Source: Savitreella phatthalungensis (Eukaryota). From it: DNA of 64,000 nucleotides. The first letter of the stretch is position 1. Every line of letters starts with the position of its first letter. The notes below the pieces were generated by a model, which did no database searches, was not told the origin of the DNA, and saw nothing but the letters and a program-made list of their open reading frames with translations. The DNA is taken from contig AP039715.1 of assembly GCA_051599415.1 (NCBI GenBank), positions 310,001 through 374,000 on the forward strand. Reading direction: 5' to 3'. Made by a program: the position numbers and the translations under genes. Shown one piece after another: positions 58,258-64,000 of the stretch.

Positions 58258-59205
58258 ATGAGTGACGGAGATAAATACTACAACGAGCGGAAGCTCTTCC
58301 ACACGGGCGATCTACAGGGATTCTTGTCCGAGGTGGCTGACAGCAGTCCCGACAACGATGGGCTGAAGGCGATGGTGGCTCGTGCGGAGGCTGCTACTGG
58401 GGTAAGCAGCAGTGGTGGAAAAGACGACCTGTCGGCTGCGAAAGCCGCTCTGGCCACCCTCACATCTGCAGCGAAGGGAAAGAAAGCGAAGGCAGCGACA
58501 GAAGCAGCTCGGAAAGTACTCGACAACACGTCAGACCCTGCAGCTAGACTTGTCGCAGCCACCGCCGTCCTCGCTGGTGCGCTGGCCTCAGGCGACGGGG
58601 AGGCGATCGATGGGGTGGCAGGTGCGCTGGAGGAGATTAGCGAGGCTCAGGATCTAGGGGCAGGGTCGCTGGAAGCGCTTGCGCTGCAGGTTCAGGCTGC
58701 TGTGTGCCGTGGTGAGGGTGTCGGGGACGATGCTGTGGAGGAGGCGCATGGTGCTGTGGAGAATGCGAAGGCGTGGTCGCACGATGCGCCTGCGCTGCAG
58801 CTGTGTGCTGGCTGGGTGGACGTGGTGCGGGGTGGAAGTGACGCGTACCGCGCGGCGTACTACACCTTCCAGGAGTATGCCGATACCGCAGACGCTTCAG
58901 GTGCAGGCGCAGCGAGGATGGCGGTCGCCCAGGCCGTCACGGAGCTGCTCATGGGTAACCTCGACGAGGCAGCAGCCACCCTCGACAGAGCCCTCGAAAA
59001 CACAACACACAAGAACGCAGACGCGCTCGCCAACAAGGCAGTCCTAGAAGCCCTCAAACCAGCAGCACAGCCATCCTTCCGCACACACCTAGACAACCTT
59101 GCACAGGTCGACCCGTCACATCCCCTCCTCGCAAAGCTCAAGACAAAGGAAGACGAATTCGACAGACTCGCAAAGGGCTACCTGGACGGCGTCACAGCTG
59201 CATAA
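58258..59205 (+). CDS. SEC28: Coatomer epsilon subunit (divergent, Ala-rich TPR)
   Basis: W..V.GG..Y.AAYYTFQEY, HPLL..L..KEDEFDRL C-terminal signature. Confidence 0.8.
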   Translation: MSDGDKYYNERKLFHTGDLQGFLSEVADSSPDNDGLKAMVARAEAATGVSSSGGKDDLSAAKAALATLTSAAKGKKAKAATEAARKVLDNTSDPAARLVAATAVLAGALASGDGEAIDGVAGALEEISEAQDLGAGSLEALALQVQAAVCRGEGVGDDAVEEAHGAVENAKAWSHDAPALQLCAGWVDVVRGGSDAYRAAYYTFQEYADTADASGAGAARMAVAQAVTELLMGNLDEAAATLDRALENTTHKNADALANKAVLEALKPAAQPSFRTHLDNLAQVDPSHPLLAKLKTKEDEFDRLAKGYLDGVTAA

Positions 59206-59410
59206 GAGCAGACGATAGCTATTGCAGTGCACTCGATCTTGCACAGGCAGGATAAACACAGGAGCACGTTAAATGTCCCACAAAGGTAGATTACCGCCTA
59301 GATGATGAGGCTGGATAAATGAGATGCCGTATGTACAGTCCGAGAGTAGGAGGTAACCAGAGTGCCAGAGTGCCGCGCAGCTTGGTGCACCATGAGGAGT
59401 ACCGCGAAGA

Positions 59411-59864
59411 TCACTTGCGCATACACAGGTACACTGCAGGTCAGTAAGCGAAACAACCACCCAGATGATAGGAGCAGAGACATACCATCGCCATTTGCAA
59501 GTCGTGCGAGTTTCCGGTAGTCGGCCTCGATTCTCAGTAGTAGCCCGCCGAAAGAGACGTAGACATTGGCCTTTGCTGCGCTGTTGTCGGAGGACGAGGC
59601 TTGACGACCTTCGTCAAACTTGTAGACGCGACCGAACATGACATAGTCGCTGCCGTCCCTGATGCCGTCGCTGAGCTTGGAGACCACGCTGACGCTAACG
59701 GTCTCGCCGACGGCGATCGGGTACAGCTCCGTGTTCACATCCAACGTGACAGTGCAGTCGCCAGATGTCGTCCCACCGACAATCCGAGCGACACGCTCGT
59801 ACCGCGAGCTGTCGACGCTACTCACCGAGATCTGCTCCTCGAACAGCACTTGATCAGCAGACAT
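59411..59864 (-). CDS. RPB8: RNA polymerase I/II/III common subunit Rpb8, 2 exons (intron 59485-59434)
   Basis: LDVNTELYP, DYVMFGRVYKF, YVSFGGLL; splicing gives the conserved end VYLCMRK*. Confidence 0.93.
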
Positions 59865-60025
59865 CTTCCCCTGTGCAGCCTTGAGGGCGGTAGGTACAAG
59901 CTCGTTTCTTTTTCTTGGTAGTAGGAGTGGATGTTTGAAATTTACACTTGCGTAAAATTGTATGAACGCACAGGACAACGCGAGGATACCAATCTCGGCC
60001 TGTGACCGACCGCGTCCGCAAGAAG

Positions 60026-61471
60026 ATGGGCCCGCTTGTGATGACGGGTGGTTCGGTTGTGGAGACGCTTCGGCGTGGCCAGGAGTACCGATTTGAGGTG
60101 GATGCTGGGTGTGGTGTGAGTGTGACGCTGAGGAGTGGGCAGGCTGAGGTGTTTGGGAGCGAGTTGACTGTGGGTCCGGCACACTGCTTCAGTGGGTGCA
60201 AGGCCGCCGTTTATAGCTGGTCTGGGTGCGAGATCGAGGTGACCGGAACACCGTCGAGTAGCTACGTCTCCGACGAAGCACCGCTCATGCACTACCTCAA
60301 TGCAGCCTTTGCTATAGATGACCTCCGCGCGCCCGCGGACGGCACCGCGCAAGCGAAACAGGGACCCAGGGTTCTGGTGGTCGGTCCAGACGACGCAGGT
60401 AAGAGCTCGCTTGTGAGGACGCTTGCGGCTTATGCGGGCAAGTTGGGTCGCAGTCCTGTCGTGGTGAATCTAGATCCGAGGGAAGGGACGGCGACGTGTG
60501 CAGGCACGATTTCGGCATTTCCGCTCGATACAGGGGTGCTCGAGGTCGTTGGGGGCTTTGGATCATCGTCGACCACAGGAGCGAGCGAGGCGGTGCCTAG
60601 GACGCCGATCGTGTACACATTCGGGGCGCCTTCTCCAGCATACAATCTACGACACTTCAAACGGCTCATGTCGCGACTCGCAATCGCAGTCAATGCTAGG
60701 CTGGAGACACATCAGGTCGAGCGCAGGGACGGCCTGCTGATCGACAGTTCTGGTCTGATCGACCGGGACAAGGGGCAGGAGTTGCTTCACGCGACACTGG
60801 TTGAATTCGCTGTGGATACGGTGTTGGTGATGGGCAACGAGCGGCTGACAATCGAGCTCACCAAACGATATTCTGGACAGGGCCAGCCGTCCTCGCTACC
60901 TGGAGGCCGGGCCGTGACCGTGGTGAAACTGCCGAAGAGCGGTGGCGTAGTCGACCGCGACGGTGATGCTGTACGGATGGCACAACAGGCTTCTTTCTCG
61001 CGCTATTTCTACGGAGACCCAGCACAAGTAGCCGGGCCAGCCGGCATGGGTGCTGCCACGCGCCTCAACACGTTCAGTTCTACAGTCTTATTCGATGATG
61101 TGCGGCTGTGGAAGGTTGACGATGCTGCCGGCGACGCTGGCGGCGACGGAGTTGGCGGAGGAGCAGGAGCTGGTACAAATAGCTCTCTGATGCCGATTGG
61201 CACATTTGAGGAGGCTGCTGCACAGCGTGCGACGCGCGCACAGGTGTCTCCGGAGACACCATCGTCATTGCTGGTCGATCGCGTAGTCGCTGTGCTTGCT
61301 TGCGATCGCGACGCATCCGCAGATGACATTGCCAGAGCGCCGACCATCGGGTTCTTACACATCCGTGACGTCGATGATGCAAAGCGCAGGATCGTCATTG
61401 GGTCGGCCTTCCAAGGCAGACTTCCGCACCGTGCTCTCCTCGTCACTACCTTCAAGTTCTCAGATAAGTGA
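60026..61471 (+). CDS. CLP1: mRNA cleavage/polyadenylation factor Clp1
   Basis: EYRFEV, GQAEVFGSEL, GPRVLVVGPDDAGKSSL, KLPKSGGVVDR, YFYG. Confidence 0.93.
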   Translation: MGPLVMTGGSVVETLRRGQEYRFEVDAGCGVSVTLRSGQAEVFGSELTVGPAHCFSGCKAAVYSWSGCEIEVTGTPSSSYVSDEAPLMHYLNAAFAIDDLRAPADGTAQAKQGPRVLVVGPDDAGKSSLVRTLAAYAGKLGRSPVVVNLDPREGTATCAGTISAFPLDTGVLEVVGGFGSSSTTGASEAVPRTPIVYTFGAPSPAYNLRHFKRLMSRLAIAVNARLETHQVERRDGLLIDSSGLIDRDKGQELLHATLVEFAVDTVLVMGNERLTIELTKRYSGQGQPSSLPGGRAVTVVKLPKSGGVVDRDGDAVRMAQQASFSRYFYGDPAQVAGPAGMGAATRLNTFSSTVLFDDVRLWKVDDAAGDAGGDGVGGGAGAGTNSSLMPIGTFEEAAAQRATRAQVSPETPSSLLVDRVVAVLACDRDASADDIARAPTIGFLHIRDVDDAKRRIVIGSAFQGRLPHRALLVTTFKFSDK

Positions 61472-61607
61472 GATTGATGATAGGCGATAGATGGAATCGC
61501 GGAAGCGCGGATGGTAGATGCCACGTTCTGATAATGCTGATGATGTACAATGATGTTGTGGTAGGTATGTCATGTGGCGCGATAGTTTTCGCCAGGGCAA
61601 ACACGCC

Positions 61608-62579
61608 TCACAGGAAGTATTCGATTTGTTGCTTCTGTCCTGGCTGCTGGGCTGCCAACTGCTGCTGCGCCGGGCCATCATGCTCGTTCTCTGGAGCTTC
61701 TGAAAAGATGTTGAAGAAGCGGTTGCCGTGATCGTCGACTTCGAGGATGCTGGCAAGGTTGGCGCACCTGTAGCAGTAGTTGGGCGCCGACCAGACAGTC
61801 GACAGTAGGTCGTCGTACAACACCTGGTATCCTTCCTGGCAGAGCTGATGGGCCCGGAGGATATGGGACATCCCGTTCACCTGCAGGAACTTCTGCACTA
61901 CCGCCTTGCCAAACGTATATCCTGCTCCACGAGGCGACAGGCTGAATTCGTCACGTTCGGGATCAGGATCCGACCAGACAAGGTCGGCCATTGGGCCTTC
62001 GTGAGGGATCTCGCGAAATCTGTCGACAACGCGAATCTGGTCGAGTGTATGGATGCTTGGGGAGAGTCCGCCGTGGACGGCAAAGATCCGGTCATCTATC
62101 ACGGCCGTGAGGGTGAGAAAGTCGAAGAGGGAGGTGAAATGATGCCAGACGTCGGCAGTATTGTATTTGCGCAGGCACTCCGAGTAGAAGCCGTAGCTCT
62201 GTGTAACGCCCCGAGATTCGTGGTTACCACGGAGTAGGTGGACGCGAGATGGATATCTCAGCTTCAGACATACCAGAAGTGAGATGGTCTCGACGGAGAA
62301 GAGGCCGCGGTCGACGTAGTCTCCAAGGAAGAGATAGTTCGTGGCTGGAGAGTAGCCACCGATCTTGAAGATCTCAAGTAGGTCGTAGAATTGCCCGTGA
62401 ATATCGCCGACCACTGTGACTGGTGCGCAGATCTTGACCACGTTTGATTCCTCCATCAGCAGCTCCTTTGTCCGCCGGCAGAGACTCTCGATCAAGGGTT
62501 CAGCAAGCAGTTGCTTTTTGTACAGCTGCTCGATCATCCGGTCCAGGTCCATATTGGACGCCGCTATCTTCTCAGCCAT
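61608..62579 (-). CDS. PPG1: PP2A-like Ser/Thr phosphatase Ppg1
   Basis: GDIHGQ, GDYVDRG, RGNHE, HEGPMADLVWSDP, SAPNYCY, C-terminal EYFL; start at 62579 or 62552. Confidence 0.88.
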   Translation of the reverse strand: MAEKIAASNMDLDRMIEQLYKKQLLAEPLIESLCRRTKELLMEESNVVKICAPVTVVGDIHGQFYDLLEIFKIGGYSPATNYLFLGDYVDRGLFSVETISLLVCLKLRYPSRVHLLRGNHESRGVTQSYGFYSECLRKYNTADVWHHFTSLFDFLTLTAVIDDRIFAVHGGLSPSIHTLDQIRVVDRFREIPHEGPMADLVWSDPDPERDEFSLSPRGAGYTFGKAVVQKFLQVNGMSHILRAHQLCQEGYQVLYDDLLSTVWSAPNYCYRCANLASILEVDDHGNRFFNIFSEAPENEHDGPAQQQLAAQQPGQKQQIEYFL

Positions 62580-63525
62580 GTTGCACAGAGAAGCCAGTTG
62601 CGGCGCGTATGCGTGAAGAAAGGAAGATGTAGGGTTCAATGAATTGATGACATGGCTCGTGCTGTTCGCGTGAGCTACTTAAGCAGTGGGCTAGCAATAG
62701 CTGTAGCTGTAGCAGCAATGTCCTACGCCGGGTCAGTCACCCACGCGGCGTTGCTGCTGGAGCTCTTGAGGCTCTGGTCCACGCTATCCAGCTCGCGCTA
62801 GAGCCGTGTTCTGTACGTGTACTGCTGCGAAGATAAAGGGAAGGAGGATGACGCTGCACTTCAGGCAATGAACTGTATTCACTATTGTGCTGCATTGGAG
62901 AGTTTTCAACACGTGCACTCATAGTTTCTTCATACATACTTGCACGTGCGTGAAAGTAGAACTGTCTCGCATACTCTCCCTCTCTTCCTCTCACTCACGT
63001 ACATTATATATCCACCCTATACACCCATAAAAGCCAGAGGCTCAAGTGATGCTGTATGATGACTAGATCTTATACCCTCTGTATGAGCTCGTCCGATTAG
63101 GAACTGTCATACAACATATCACTAATAAGTTGCTGATGGAGAAACAACCATGTCAAGTATATAGTGTATGAGCACGGCGGCTGGGGGCAGAGTGAAGATG
63201 AAGTGTGCAGGTATTTGCATGATGTTTTTGCATCCACAACTTAATTAAGGTTAGAATGAATGATATTGATCAGATGCACAATTGACCACATGTTCCATAT
63301 ATATGATCATAGAGTACACATCACTACCCTAAGCTCATACCACTCCAGAGCATTACGCCACGCTCCATTGAGGGCATTCCTTGCGTGTCGTTCTATCATC
63401 GATCATCATCCAGTCTTCGCTCTTTCGCTGGCCGATCAAGCACCCGCTGCAGCAAAGTACAGTGGTTGGAGGGCCTTGCACAAGGCTGAGCACATAACTC
63501 CGAGGGGTGAGTGACGGGCTATATC

Positions 63526-64000
63526 ATGGCAGAGAGTGATGCAGCCCTGGCGAAGCTCAACTCGTCTACGCTCGGTGCCTCCATGCCCGTGGTGACCTTG
63601 CCAAATGGTCAGAAAGTGGCTACAGGGACAGTCGGGTCGCTGCTCGTCAACATTGTCAAGTACAATGAGCTTGTAGCTTCTGGCGCAACAAGCGCCACTG
63701 AGAACGTTGCTGAACTCGAAGCTGGCTTCTCCGCAGCAGTGCCGATGCTTGTGCGGGTTGGCCTGTTTGATTTGTTCTCTCCAGCGGAGTGGCAGGCAAC
63801 TGGACGGAATGCCAACCCTGGCAGGTGGAAGGTCGGCCAGCTCGCCTCGGACTACATCCGAGCTCAGCAGGGGGAGCTCGGCAGCACGCCATCGGAGGAT
63901 ACATCTAATGCAGCATCAGCCACGTCACCTATTCGCGCAGATCTCATGCCGATTGTCGACGCCTGCGACAACTGGCCACTTGATGGCAGAGGACACGCGC
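63526..64000 (+). CDS. ORF running off the right edge: small conserved domain followed by a possible Nudix N-terminus; absent from ORF track
   Basis: ATC-ATG-G at 63526, no stop to 64000: MAESDAALAKLN..LPNGQKVATGTVGSLLVNI..VGLFDLFSPAEW..PGRWKVG..LMPIVDACDNWP. Confidence 0.75.
   Translation, partial: MAESDAALAKLNSSTLGASMPVVTLPNGQKVATGTVGSLLVNIVKYNELVASGATSATENVAELEAGFSAAVPMLVRVGLFDLFSPAEWQATGRNANPGRWKVGQLASDYIRAQQGELGSTPSEDTSNAASATSPIRADLMPIVDACDNWPLDGRGHA

Noticed and set aside
59298..60182. 294-aa ORF as a long Rpb8
   Set aside because: The 5' part is antisense to CLP1 and the 3' part reads through an intron; the real gene is 59864-59411.
1..64000. tRNA, rRNA, snoRNA, CRISPR array or transposon
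   Set aside because: No convincing tRNA fold, box C/D pair, repeat-spacer array, LTR/TIR or transposase/RT motif was seen by eye; an Infernal/tRNAscan run is needed to exclude small RNAs.

Overview
This is a gene-dense, intron-poor fungal (ascomycete) chromosome segment with about 31 protein-coding genes. The gene content (HRI-type eIF2-alpha kinase, fission-yeast-like Ras1, short GT-AG introns with CTRAC branch points) suggests Taphrinomycotina, but that is inference. Most genes are housekeeping: eIF2B-delta, GUA1, MDV1, a mitochondrial carrier, BCD1, RRG7, acyl-CoA oxidase, CCT1, ProRS, GDE1, Hikeshi, VPS15, HRI, GMF, RAS1, XlnR, COP-epsilon, RPB8, CLP1 and PPG1. Many lie in tightly packed convergent pairs. 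I found no tRNA, rRNA, CRISPR array or intact mobile element. Several spliced genes that the ORF track misses or truncates were rebuilt by hand. The most notable observations are: (1) a few-hundred-bp oscillation between G/T-rich and C/A-rich blocks that reaches synonymous sites; (2) an SRSF7-like RRM/zinc-knuckle gene with a candidate poison exon; (3) a Cts1-type chitinase with two LysM domains plus CBM19; (4) a ProRS with an N-terminal WHEP-like hairpin; (5) an intronless XlnR; (6) recurrent (T)CACGTG boxes in promoters; (7) an ORF at the right edge that may fuse a small conserved domain to a Nudix enzyme. All family assignments come from recognising motifs by eye, not from database searches.
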